From an uncultured virus (IMG/VR IMGVR_UViG_3300020045_008339) (Duplodnaviria; Heunggongvirae; Uroviricota; Caudoviricetes), in the IMG/VR virus record IMGVR_UViG_3300020045_008339: a DNA stretch of 64,000 nucleotides, one strand, 5' to 3'. The notes under the pieces are model-generated. The model made no database searches, was not told the origin of the DNA, and worked only from the letters and a program-made list of their open reading frames with translations. Below are positions 17,966 through 27,433 of this stretch, one piece after another; the stretch's first letter is position 1, and each line of letters starts with the position of its first letter. The position numbers and the translations under genes were made by a program.

Positions 17966-18313
17966 AAATGTATTAACCATGCTGGTAGTGGTTTACCTCA
18001 CTACATGTGAAATGCTTTTTTTACTAATCCAAAATGCTTTATCAAGGCACTTTGTTTTTGTAACTGTTACGTCCTAATTCTACGATTTCACTAAAAACAG
18101 TCTTTGCTAACGTCTGCATGTAATAACAAAATCCGTGTTATGATGCTATTCCGTCACAGCAAGGTCAATACAAATTTGAGTATTTACAGTGTGCCCACCG
18201 TGAAGGCTCTCCAATCCTAAACGACCCTAACTACTAACCAACCAGATTATGGTATTTGTACTATTCGTTTCTTGTTTCAGCAACGCCCTTGCCCGGCACC
18301 TGAAATGGGTTCG

Positions 18314-18387
18314 TGGACAATACAGGAATCGAACCTGTGACCTCGACATTATGAGTGTCTTGCTCTAACCAACTAAGCTAATTGTCC
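18314..18387 (-). tRNA. tRNA with CAT anticodon (Ile2 or elongator Met)
   Basis: GGACAAT/ATTGTCC acceptor, CTCATAA loop, TTCGATT T-loop. Confidence 0.9.
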
Positions 18388-18460
18388 GTTTGCAGGAATC
18401 GAACCTGCATGGCTTTAAAACGCTCTTACTAACATGCTCTACACCATTTGCAACTGGCAG
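18388..18460 (-). pseudogene. Degenerate tRNA remnant
   Basis: Intact T-arm GCAGG-TTCGATT-CCTGC at 18392-18408, but no complete acceptor stem. Confidence 0.45.
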
Positions 18461-18491
18461 CTTGTTTGTTTCATTACTATGCCATTCCGCT

Positions 18492-19853
18492 TTATTCAGC
18501 AAATTTATCCTGCACTGTAACCTTTAAATTCTTTTCAGCCCTGTTCATCAATGAACCAAGAATGTAACCACCAGTTTCAGCATAGTAGTTTAGCATTTCT
18601 ATTGCCTTAGAACCCAAGCTACTGATATTCTCAATCACAACAACACGGATATTCAATGCTTGTAACAGTTTCAGGTAAAGACCCCACAACTCACTTTCGG
18701 AAAGTTCAAGCGGAGTGAAGCCGTTATAGAACAAACCTTCCCTTGTATCCTCTTCATCTGGGATGCACACTTCAAAGCCTTCAATATTTGGTGTAATCGC
18801 TGCAATGAATTTTTTCTTTGCTGTTTTAACTTCGTCAAGAATATTCTGCAGCCTTGTATATTCAGTGGAGAAATGGTTGTACTGCTTTTCGTTTTCAATC
18901 ATGCCATTGAAGTGGATAATGTTTGCTTCCATTTCCTTTTCATAATTCTGCACCTTAACAATGTCTTCATTCTGTTGAACAATAGCCTTGTTTTCTTCTA
19001 TGTATTTTTCACCGTTAGCAATACGAGTGTTCACAACATCAATCTCACTTGTTTTTAAATCTCTTTTTGCTATAGCTTCTTTTAACTTCAATTCCAACTG
19101 CTGTATTTCATCCTCAATACCCTTCAACTCATTTTGCTTGGATGGAAGTTGCTCTTTTTTCAACATTTCAACTTCGTTTTGAGCACGTTGATAGGTATTG
19201 AAATTCTTTTGAATTTTGGTAACATCATTTATAACACGAGCATTAAATGCTGCAATCTTATTTTCCCATGATTCCCGTTCAATGTTATAGGGACTTTCCT
19301 TAAATAATTTTTCATATTTAAGGTACTCTTTTTTCGCATCCCTTCTTCCATCGTATGCAGACTTGTACCTTACTTCCAGTTCCTTTTCCAGTTCAATTTC
19401 TTCTGCTGATGGACTGTAGAAGCTACGGAGCCATTCAATTTGTTTTTTACCATCAAAATCTTTCAGGAACATTGGGGAAACACCAACTGGCCCCAGAACA
19501 TCAAGTAAAACATTTTTGGGACTACTAAGTTTAGCCCACTTATCATTCTCAACCATCAACTCAACTTCAAACCTTGTCTTGGTAATGGTGACAGCATATT
19601 TTTTGCCGTTCTTTTCAAACTCAAGTGATGTTTTTCTGTTGTTATCAACTTTGTTGATAGCGTTATCTGGCATCGGCAATCCGCATAGGGATTCAAATGC
19701 TTTGATAACACTTGTCTTGCCCTGTTCTTGGTCAGCTTCCAATGTAGCGACATGATTGTCGCCCCACACAATAACAACAGGTTTGCTCTTGTCAATTTTA
19801 GCAAAGGATTCCACTTGGAATTTTAATAATTTAAGTACGTTTTCAGTAGCCAT
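18492..19853 (-). CDS. SbcC/Rad50-like coiled-coil ABC ATPase
   Basis: Walker A-like ADQEQGKTS, long coiled coil, LSESE signature, VVVIEN Walker B-like motif. Confidence 0.7.
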   Translation of the reverse strand: MATENVLKLLKFQVESFAKIDKSKPVVIVWGDNHVATLEADQEQGKTSVIKAFESLCGLPMPDNAINKVDNNRKTSLEFEKNGKKYAVTITKTRFEVELMVENDKWAKLSSPKNVLLDVLGPVGVSPMFLKDFDGKKQIEWLRSFYSPSAEEIELEKELEVRYKSAYDGRRDAKKEYLKYEKLFKESPYNIERESWENKIAAFNARVINDVTKIQKNFNTYQRAQNEVEMLKKEQLPSKQNELKGIEDEIQQLELKLKEAIAKRDLKTSEIDVVNTRIANGEKYIEENKAIVQQNEDIVKVQNYEKEMEANIIHFNGMIENEKQYNHFSTEYTRLQNILDEVKTAKKKFIAAITPNIEGFEVCIPDEEDTREGLFYNGFTPLELSESELWGLYLKLLQALNIRVVVIENISSLGSKAIEMLNYYAETGGYILGSLMNRAEKNLKVTVQDKFAE

Positions 19854-19892
19854 AAAATAATTTGAATGTTATGAAATATCAGTATGCTATTA

Positions 19893-20213
19893 TTAGCCTT
19901 CTTGCTCAACAGTTTCCTCTTTGTCTATTGCTTCTTCAATAGTTCCGTTCTTTTCAATAATAATATCCTTGCAAAAAGAAAGGAGGTTTGCCAAAACAAC
20001 CTGATTCTTGACAATATCGTTAAAGCAATTGTATATTGTAGTAGTAGTAAATGGCTTTCCTCCCCAATGGAATAGGTTATCATTGGTAGCTTGTTGCATT
20101 TTATCTGCCAATAGTTTTGGATATTCACCACCACAAAGAGCCTTTAGTTTTTTCTGGTACTTTTTAAGTGTTTTGACAGAAATATTAGCGGCTTCGATTT
20201 TTTCTTTGTCCAT
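19893..20213 (-). CDS. Putative DNA-binding regulator at the divergent junction (start reassigned to MDKEK)
   Basis: Small helical protein divergent from the replication operon. Confidence 0.45.
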   Translation of the reverse strand: MDKEKIEAANISVKTLKKYQKKLKALCGGEYPKLLADKMQQATNDNLFHWGGKPFTTTTIYNCFNDIVKNQVVLANLLSFCKDIIIEKNGTIEEAIDKEETVEQEG

Positions 20214-20330
20214 TTTTAAATTGTTTCGGCAAACATAGAGAGTTTGTTTTTTACAAAAAAATTTTTTTATAAAAATCTTTTCTACCATTTTTGCTAACTA
20301 TGGACTTACTAAAAAAATTCTAAAACCTAT

Positions 20331-21284
20331 ATGGAAAAAAAAGAAAGGACTAAATCAAGATTTTTCAATCACGACCAGAATGCAAGGGGTGATGAAAAGA
20401 TTGTACAGGCAGAGTTGCACTTCTCACGAACGTATGGGCTATTATCAATTACAGAACCATACACTATTTTCTTCAAAACGCTGGAACTTTTATTTGAACG
20501 GGACGGATATATGAAAATGACAGATTTGGATGTTGTCGTACAGACAATTTACGGGAACAGTATTTTCACCGACACTACAAATCTTAGTCTTGCCAAGCAA
20601 AAAGTTGAATACATTATTGCCAATACTGAATTGTTTGTTGTGGATAAATTTCAAGGCACTTTTTACAGCGAACGCTTACTTTTATTTCAACGGTCGTTAA
20701 ACGGTCTTTCAATTAAAAACAAGATTAACGGCTTAAAGTCAGCGATAGGTCGTTCCGAGGTGACCTCAAGGTCAACCAGAGATATTGCAAAAAAAGAAAG
20801 ATTAAGTGGTAGTATTGAAAAAATGAAAAAAGACCTAGAATCTGCTGAAAATGAGTTAATTATGTTTGAGAAATATAATCCTACCCATAATTTCGTAGAT
20901 ATACCTCAACGACCGTTGAGCGAACGTCAACCTATAGTATATAATAGTATAGGATATAATAAAAAAGAAACGTTGCCAACGACCGTTGAAAATAAAGATA
21001 TTTTTGAACTTGGAACTGCAAATTTTTTGCATGTTGTGCTGAAAGAATATTTTGGAACGAAGTACGCAATGAGGTTTCAGGATGAATTTTCATGCGAAAA
21101 GGTTGTGGGCTGGCTGGATGGGGTCGCCAAAAGCATTGGGGACGTTTTACCAGACGACGAACAGGCCGAAAGGTTTCATAAATACCTACTGTACACCTTC
21201 CAGATACGCCCCAGCAAGCCAAATCTGTGCAATCCAGCCCATTTCGCCTCCTCTGGCTGGGAATCCATCCTAGAAACCGATTAA
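20331..21284 (+). CDS. Replication initiator-like protein (DUF4373 / Lin1244-Lin1753-like N-terminus)
   Basis: FFNHDQNARGDEKI...FKTLELL...FYSERL; lies upstream of the primase-helicase; contains internal repeats. Confidence 0.7.
   Translation: MEKKERTKSRFFNHDQNARGDEKIVQAELHFSRTYGLLSITEPYTIFFKTLELLFERDGYMKMTDLDVVVQTIYGNSIFTDTTNLSLAKQKVEYIIANTELFVVDKFQGTFYSERLLLFQRSLNGLSIKNKINGLKSAIGRSEVTSRSTRDIAKKERLSGSIEKMKKDLESAENELIMFEKYNPTHNFVDIPQRPLSERQPIVYNSIGYNKKETLPTTVENKDIFELGTANFLHVVLKEYFGTKYAMRFQDEFSCEKVVGWLDGVAKSIGDVLPDDEQAERFHKYLLYTFQIRPSKPNLCNPAHFASSGWESILETD
20688..20989. repeat. Iteron-like repeats, candidate replication origin
   Basis: CAACGACCGTTGA at 20907 and 20977, an inverted partial copy at 20688, and an AT-rich spacer at 20933-20970. 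Confidence 0.6.
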
Positions 21285-21318
21285 AAACAAACCACGAGCC
21301 TTAAAACGCAAAATAGCT

Positions 21319-23475
21319 ATGTCATCATACTACCACGATAAACTGACGGATTTAGGTATCAAGCTGCGACAAAGCAGTGGACAGGAGAAAACATTCTGCC
21401 CAAAATGCAGGGATAGCAGGAAAAACAAGCGTGACCGTTCCCTTTCTGTGAACATTACTAACGGTGAGTACCGTTGCCACAATCCTGGCTGTGACTGGAA
21501 GGGAAATGTTAGGGAATTTGACAAGAAGAAGGATTTTAAAAAACTTGAAAAAGGTTTTATCCCATTGCACAGCAAACCGAAGGAACGGGTTGTAAACTAC
21601 TTCAAGGGACGTGGCATTTCTGCAAAGACAGTTGACAAGTTCATGGTTTACGAAAAGTCTGAATACATGCCGCAGGAACAGAAGGAAATGAACTGTATCT
21701 GTTTCCCATATTTCAGAGAAACGGAACTGGTAAATGTAAAGTTCAGGGACGGTAATAAAAACTTCAAATTGGTATCACAGGCAGAATTGATACTTTATAA
21801 TTTAAACTCAATTATTCACAACAAAAAAGCAATCGTTACAGAAGGTGAAATTGATGTAATGAGTGTGTACGAATCTGGCTTTGGTAATACTGATTTGGAA
21901 CAGGAATTAAAGAACCTGTTTGCCGAAAAGAAGCAGGAAAAATTTATTGAATTTGAACAGGAAAATGAAGAATCAAAAAAGAGGAAACGTGTTGAGCCTA
22001 ACGACTTAAAAAACAATCCAGTTACGGAACATGATGTTGAACTAACTGATAGGATGAAGTACCTTATGAAGCTGTGTGGATGGGGAATGGTAAGCGTTCC
22101 AAACGGAGCAAACATAAGCAGTGCAGTCAAGTTGGAATATATTGAAAATTGTGCAGATTATCTTTTGGGACTTGACGAAATTGTTATAGCAACGGATGGT
22201 GATGCAGCAGGAAGGGCTTTGAAGGATGAACTAATACGGAGGTTTGGAGTTGAACGTTGCAGGGTTGTTAAGTACCCAGAAAACCTTACCTTTTTGGCAA
22301 AACAAAAGAACGACCAAGGTTTGGAACTTGAGGTAACAAAAATATGTAAAGACCTTAACGAAGTCCTTATCCATTATGGCCCAAAAAAGGTACAGGAACT
22401 CATAGACAATGCAGAGGCTATAAGGGTTGACGGCATCCATTATGTTGATGATTTGTACATGGATATGCTGGACAAGTTCCGTAACGGCGTGAAGCTGGGA
22501 GATACTACAAGATTTGCAGCACTTGACAATAATTTTTTATGGAAAAAAGGCGATGTAAATGGATGGACTGGATACATGAATGAAGGAAAGACAACATTTG
22601 TTATTCAGTTAATGCTTACCAAATCAATCTATGATGATTGGAGATGGGGAGTATTTTGTCCAGAGAACTATCCAGCTTCCGACTTCTACGATGATTTGGT
22701 AGAAATGTATGTGGGCAAATGGATTGACAGCAATAGTGGTAACGGAATGAGTGAAGCAGAATATCTGGAAGCCCTTTCTTTTATAAATGAACATTTCTTT
22801 TTTGTTTATCCAGAGGCAGACCACCAACTGGAAACGATACATGAAAAGTTCCGTTACCTCGTATTAAAGAAAGGGATTGATGGTTGTTTGATTGACCCTT
22901 GGAACCAATTGGACCATACACAAAAAGGTTATCAACGTGAAGACCAGTATTTATCAGAAAAGCTAACATTATCAAAACGTTTTGCCTTGCTCAATGGCAT
23001 AAGCTACAATATTATTGCCCATCCAAAAAACCCACAGAGAACATCAGGACAACCTTATCCAGTGCCAGAAGCATACGACATGAACGGTGGTGCAATGTGG
23101 GGTAATAAACTTGACAATATTATCACCTACTACAGGCCAGACCATTATCAGGACAAGACTTCACCAAGGATAGAAATTCATGTGCAAAAGATAAAAAGGA
23201 AGCGTACTGGTGGTAGCCCAGGTGTAATAGAATTAAAGATGGTTTGGTCAAGGAAGAGGTTTGCAGATTTGTACGACAATATGCCATGTGACCCAAAGTT
23301 AGCAGAAAGGATTTTAAAGAATGAAGCTGCTGGAATTATAGAGCAGCCAGTTCAGCAAACAATGTTCAAGGAACTTCCTGCACCAACATTTAGACCGATG
23401 GAAATAGTAAAACCAAACCAGACCACTAATGAATTTTTAGGAGGTTTAGACGACTTAGAACCATTACCATTTTAA
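21319..23475 (+). CDS. Primase-helicase (Zn finger + TOPRIM + SF4 helicase, T7 gp4/Twinkle-like)
   Basis: CPKC...CHNPGC, TEGEID, ATDGDAAG, KDLNE, GYMNEGKT, LIDPW, IIAHP, C-terminal LPF. Confidence 0.9.
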   Translation: MSSYYHDKLTDLGIKLRQSSGQEKTFCPKCRDSRKNKRDRSLSVNITNGEYRCHNPGCDWKGNVREFDKKKDFKKLEKGFIPLHSKPKERVVNYFKGRGISAKTVDKFMVYEKSEYMPQEQKEMNCICFPYFRETELVNVKFRDGNKNFKLVSQAELILYNLNSIIHNKKAIVTEGEIDVMSVYESGFGNTDLEQELKNLFAEKKQEKFIEFEQENEESKKRKRVEPNDLKNNPVTEHDVELTDRMKYLMKLCGWGMVSVPNGANISSAVKLEYIENCADYLLGLDEIVIATDGDAAGRALKDELIRRFGVERCRVVKYPENLTFLAKQKNDQGLELEVTKICKDLNEVLIHYGPKKVQELIDNAEAIRVDGIHYVDDLYMDMLDKFRNGVKLGDTTRFAALDNNFLWKKGDVNGWTGYMNEGKTTFVIQLMLTKSIYDDWRWGVFCPENYPASDFYDDLVEMYVGKWIDSNSGNGMSEAEYLEALSFINEHFFFVYPEADHQLETIHEKFRYLVLKKGIDGCLIDPWNQLDHTQKGYQREDQYLSEKLTLSKRFALLNGISYNIIAHPKNPQRTSGQPYPVPEAYDMNGGAMWGNKLDNIITYYRPDHYQDKTSPRIEIHVQKIKRKRTGGSPGVIELKMVWSRKRFADLYDNMPCDPKLAERILKNEAAGIIEQPVQQTMFKELPAPTFRPMEIVKPNQTTNEFLGGLDDLEPLPF

Positions 23476-23486
23476 ATAATAAACAT

Positions 23487-24012
23487 ATGAGTACAATAAC
23501 AACGCAATCAGTAATTGATGCTTATAAAAAAATGCAGGAAAACCCACCAGCATTATTGTTTCAAGGTTATGAAATAAAAGTATTAAAAAGCAATATTTTT
23601 CCATACCAATCAACTTATAACGCTTGTGATGTTGAAACAAAAGAAGAAATAAAAGTAACTGGTGAAATGGTGGATGGAGTTGTATTAGGCAATACAATGT
23701 ATCTATCTAGTAAAGCCTACGATACACTAAAGCAAAATGACAAATAGCGAAAAAACTGATTTAATGATTGAGTGGCTAAAAGTCAATGCAGATAGCATTC
23801 CTGATAATATTCCTTACATGTACATGAATGTAAAAAAGGAATTTTTGCCAACAAAACAAATAATACCAATCGGAAAAACTTACGCTATAAAACTATCAAA
23901 CGAACTTGAATGTTTCAAGGGATGGAAGTTATTTGGATTTGCTTTTAAATCATCTTACATAAAGGCATATTATTTAAAGAAGTGGTTTGAAATTAATGTA
24001 ATTAAAAGCTAA
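23487..24012 (+). CDS. Two small hypothetical proteins (23487-23747, 23737-24012)
   Basis: Coupled ORFs within the operon. Confidence 0.5.
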
Positions 24013-24022
24013 TAATAGCATT

Positions 24023-24529
24023 ATGCTAAGACTTGTTGATGATAAGCACTGGATAATAAAAAAAGCGAAAGGTCTTTGCCGTGTTTCATCATGCAGCAAT
24101 AAAAGCTACAAGCACAGGACACTTTGTTGCAAGCATGTTCGCCAGCAGACAAAAGAAAACAATCCAATAGGTTATTGGTTTGATGTACTTAGGCAAAACG
24201 CAAAACGTAGGAGGATACCATTCACTTTAACACAGGAACATTTCAGGAAATTTTGTGCTGAAACAAAATACTTGGAATTAAAGGGTCGTGGTTCAGGTAA
24301 AGCAAGCATTGATAGACAAAAAACACACCTTGGATACGCTGACGGTAACATTCAAATACTTGAATTTGCCACTAACAGTAGGAAGAAATTCATTGATGAT
24401 AAAATAGCATCCCGTTACGATGATGGGATACCATTAACACAAGCGGAGAAGGATGAATTTAAGAATGCTATCAATGATTATGAAATGAACAAGGGTGCTG
24501 TAATTTGGGACGGAGAAAATATCTTCTAA
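24023..24529 (+). CDS. His-Me finger / HNH-like protein
   Basis: ASIDR...GYADGNIQIL...N..K motif and an N-terminal Cys cluster. Confidence 0.6.
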   Translation: MLRLVDDKHWIIKKAKGLCRVSSCSNKSYKHRTLCCKHVRQQTKENNPIGYWFDVLRQNAKRRRIPFTLTQEHFRKFCAETKYLELKGRGSGKASIDRQKTHLGYADGNIQILEFATNSRKKFIDDKIASRYDDGIPLTQAEKDEFKNAINDYEMNKGAVIWDGENIF

Positions 24530-24665
24530 CTATAAAAAACAAAAATGGAAAACCTAAAAGTTAGAAAGCAATGGCGAAACAATATTCGCTGGGATAGGAA
24601 GCCATTAATTAGGAAAATTATGGTTCATGTTCAGCTTTTCAATATCAATAAAACATACGATGATT

Positions 24666-25073
24666 ATGAAGATGAATAAAAAAAATAGGGAATTGGTGTT
24701 TAAAAAATTTGGTGGTAGGTGTGCATATTGTGGCTGCGAACTACAGAAAGGATGGCATGTTGACCATATAGATCCAATTGTAAGGGACTTTAAATATAAC
24801 AACATAAAAGGCAAATTTGAACAAACGGGAACATGTAGAAAGCCAGAGAACGACAACCTTGAAAACCATAATCCTTCTTGTGGAAGTTGCAATCGCCAAA
24901 AGCATTCTCAATCATTAGAAGGATTTAGACAATCAATAGCTCAATTTGTAAAATCGCTTAATCAGTATCATAACCAATACAAGTTTGCCAAACGGTATGG
25001 CCTAGTTCAAGAAACCAATAAACCAGTTGTATTTTATTTTGAATCCCATCCTCTCTCCCAAATACACCAATAG
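24666..25073 (+). CDS. HNH endonuclease
   Basis: CAYCG, HVDHIDP, NHNPSCGSCNRQK. Confidence 0.9.
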   Translation: MKMNKKNRELVFKKFGGRCAYCGCELQKGWHVDHIDPIVRDFKYNNIKGKFEQTGTCRKPENDNLENHNPSCGSCNRQKHSQSLEGFRQSIAQFVKSLNQYHNQYKFAKRYGLVQETNKPVVFYFESHPLSQIHQ

Positions 25074-25135
25074 AGTAAACACCAGAGAGGGAATAAGAAA
25101 CCCAAAGTTATTGGGTGAGGTTGAGTAATTGGTTT

Positions 25136-25216
25136 GGGGTTGGGTTGGTGGGGATGGGGTCGGGGAGGGATGGGCAGGGGTCGGGCTGGGCCCGACGGGC
25201 CGGGACGGGGGACGGG
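25136..25216 (+). repeat. G-run tract with G-quadruplex potential
   Basis: 14 runs of three or more G within 81 nt. Confidence 0.85.
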
Positions 25217-25225
25217 TGCGGTCCC

Positions 25226-25522
25226 AATGAAATAAAAGGATATGAAGTAGAACTTAGAGAGTTGAAAGAATTGCCAATTGAATTGATTGAAGAACTGAAC
25301 GAAGTAGAAACAGAAGAGGAAATGGTGGAAATATGGAACAATGATGACTTACACCACACTCATGCTAACAGGATTGAAACTAAATACAGCTTTCTTTCTG
25401 ATGAATTTGATGAAACTTTAGGCAAGGATGGCGAATTCGTAATAAAAGAAAACAAAGTAGCTGGTATCACTTACGGAACTCATTTTGGCGAAATCAAAAC
25501 AATAGCAATATCTGCATTATAA
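25226..25522 (+). pseudogene. 5'-truncated acidic protein gene
   Basis: Protein-like sequence (NEIKGYEVELRE...) begins abruptly after the G tract with no credible start. Confidence 0.5.
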
Positions 25523-25767
25523 TTTCCTACCTGTTCCTGAGAAGTCAGTCAGGTCAACAGCCCGATTGCATAAATGCTTTCGGGCATTGTTGGCAAAAGG
25601 CATCATGGTAAATCTACAAAAATTCAGCACATTGATTGAACTGCTAAATTATTTTTGAAGGCTTAAAATAAACAACTCTCTTAGTCTTGAATGTGATATA
25701 CACTACCTAATTATGCTACAAGCAAGAAGAGGTAAGATAGCATTGTTTAAATATATAAATAAATAAC

Positions 25768-25890
25768 ATGAATTACAATAAACGCAGTAGATTATCCAAG
25801 GCTCTAATGATGCTGGAAGAAGCAAAACTGATTATTGATGAAATCAAGGACGAGGAACAAAACGGATTTGATAAGCTCACAGAAGTTTGA
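25768..25890 (+). pseudogene. Probably truncated small coiled-coil phage protein
   Basis: MNYNKRSRLSKALMMLEEAKLIIDEIKDEEQNGFDKLTEV*; I recall this family as longer. An orphan frame 25886-25987 follows. Confidence 0.4.
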
Positions 25891-26069
25891 ACCAGTATCC
25901 GTAATGCTTGACAGGGACAATAATAAAAGCGTTGGTATCCTTGTGAGGGTTGATTACCCAACCTACAACGATTGCCTGTTCAAATAGTACAATTCCCCCC
26001 AAGGTACACCAACCCCGTAGCTACATCAAATCAAACCTTGAAAATTAACCGCCAACAAAAACCAACAGT

Positions 26070-27422
26070 ATGACAACATTAGCACAAATCGAGTTCCTGC
26101 AAGCATTAACAGCCATTAGTTATTCAGAGCCAATGGCGATACATAAAAACCTAGTAAAGCTGTACAAGCTATTCGCAGAAGAAGAAGGACTGCCAGTTTT
26201 GGACAACCCAAATGAACTAATCAAATTGCTGGAAGAAGGGAAAGTTTTGCCTACAGTTATAAAGCATGTTTTTAGTACCCAAGATGTGATGGACAGGGTA
26301 GCAGCTATGGGTATCTACTGCTTAACTCTTACTGATTGCTGTGAAGTTCTTGCAATGGTTGATAAAGGGGTTGATTCAAACATGGGCATGAGTTGGGAAA
26401 GTTTATCCGTTGGTATTGAAATGAGGATGCAAGCAACCGACAGGTTCATTCCCGATGGAACAGAGGAGTTCGATGAAAAACAATACCCATACAGGTATAT
26501 AACTATTGGTAAAACTGATTATAAAATCAGTACGGACGAACTTGGTAAGGCTTTGTTTGAAAACAATGGTGGAGAATACGTTAACGAAGAAGCAGAGGAT
26601 ATAGATAACTGCATTGGCTACTATATCCCATTGGAAGAAATTTACAAGAGCGATAAAAGCATTGCTGATTATATACTTGAAAACATTGATTCATCGGCAG
26701 GAACAAAAACAACCGTGCAAGATGATGATGAAGAAGACGAGGAACTTGATTTGTCACAAAACTATTTACCAGCAAAAATTGGTGATAAAATCACCTTTGA
26801 AGATGGTGAATTGCTTGCCTTCCTAATCAAGATGGAAAGGTACTGCACAAGTGACCTTAAAAGGTTGCCATCAAACCAATTCTTCCAAAGCTGTGGGCAT
26901 AACCTTATTATCAGTTGCGAAGGTATCAGTGCAGAGGAAAGCAATGCAAGGGCATTAAAGAATCCGCTAACCGTTAGGGACTGTTCCAGCAGCTACTACA
27001 AAGAAAAGGTTACATACACCACCAAGAAAGGGGAAACCAAAACAAAGATGGCGGCAAAATCTGTAGAGTGGTGCATTGCCAATTACAGGGAAGATAAAAG
27101 GATGGTGCTTACATGGTATCCAATATTCAATTTTACCATTGAGGAAGTTTGGGCAACCTATGGAATGGACGAGGATAAATTATTTATAGCAAGAAATTTC
27201 TACATAAGAAAAAAGCATGTTACAAAAGCATGGGCATTCCATCCTGCCTATGTAATGGGGAATAACAGGGTTAGCTGCATGTTTTGCATACTAGGTAGCA
27301 TTAACGACCTACAAAACGCAGCAAAACAGAACCCAGAACTATTGCACCAAATGATTGCAATGGAACAAGAAGGAAAAGCAACATTCAAACACAATTGGTC
27401 ACTTAAAAATCTAATCAAATAA
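26070..27422 (+). CDS. Chimeric ORF: acidic N-terminal part plus the C-terminal half of a PAPS-reductase-like (PP-loop) protein
   Basis: RYCTSDLK, GISAEES, HPAY..GNNRVSCMFCI are present; the SGGKDS PP-loop is absent. Confidence 0.65.
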   Translation: MTTLAQIEFLQALTAISYSEPMAIHKNLVKLYKLFAEEEGLPVLDNPNELIKLLEEGKVLPTVIKHVFSTQDVMDRVAAMGIYCLTLTDCCEVLAMVDKGVDSNMGMSWESLSVGIEMRMQATDRFIPDGTEEFDEKQYPYRYITIGKTDYKISTDELGKALFENNGGEYVNEEAEDIDNCIGYYIPLEEIYKSDKSIADYILENIDSSAGTKTTVQDDDEEDEELDLSQNYLPAKIGDKITFEDGELLAFLIKMERYCTSDLKRLPSNQFFQSCGHNLIISCEGISAEESNARALKNPLTVRDCSSSYYKEKVTYTTKKGETKTKMAAKSVEWCIANYREDKRMVLTWYPIFNFTIEEVWATYGMDEDKLFIARNFYIRKKHVTKAWAFHPAYVMGNNRVSCMFCILGSINDLQNAAKQNPELLHQMIAMEQEGKATFKHNWSLKNLIK

Positions 27423-27433
27423 AACCTACTAGC

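Noticed and set aside
17966..18313. Possible tmRNA or RNase P RNA
   Set aside because: No tmRNA-like ends and no GAGGAAAGUCC-type core found.
21880..22080. ~65-aa insertion in the primase TOPRIM domain as a possible intein
   Set aside because: No N-terminal Cys/Ser or C-terminal His-Asn splice motifs; looks like a charged loop.
25108..25359. ORFs spanning the G tract (Gly-rich and Pro-rich translations)
   Set aside because: By-products of low-complexity DNA.
25529..25592. Possible hammerhead ribozyme
   Set aside because: CUGA is present but the CUGANGA...GAAA core is not.
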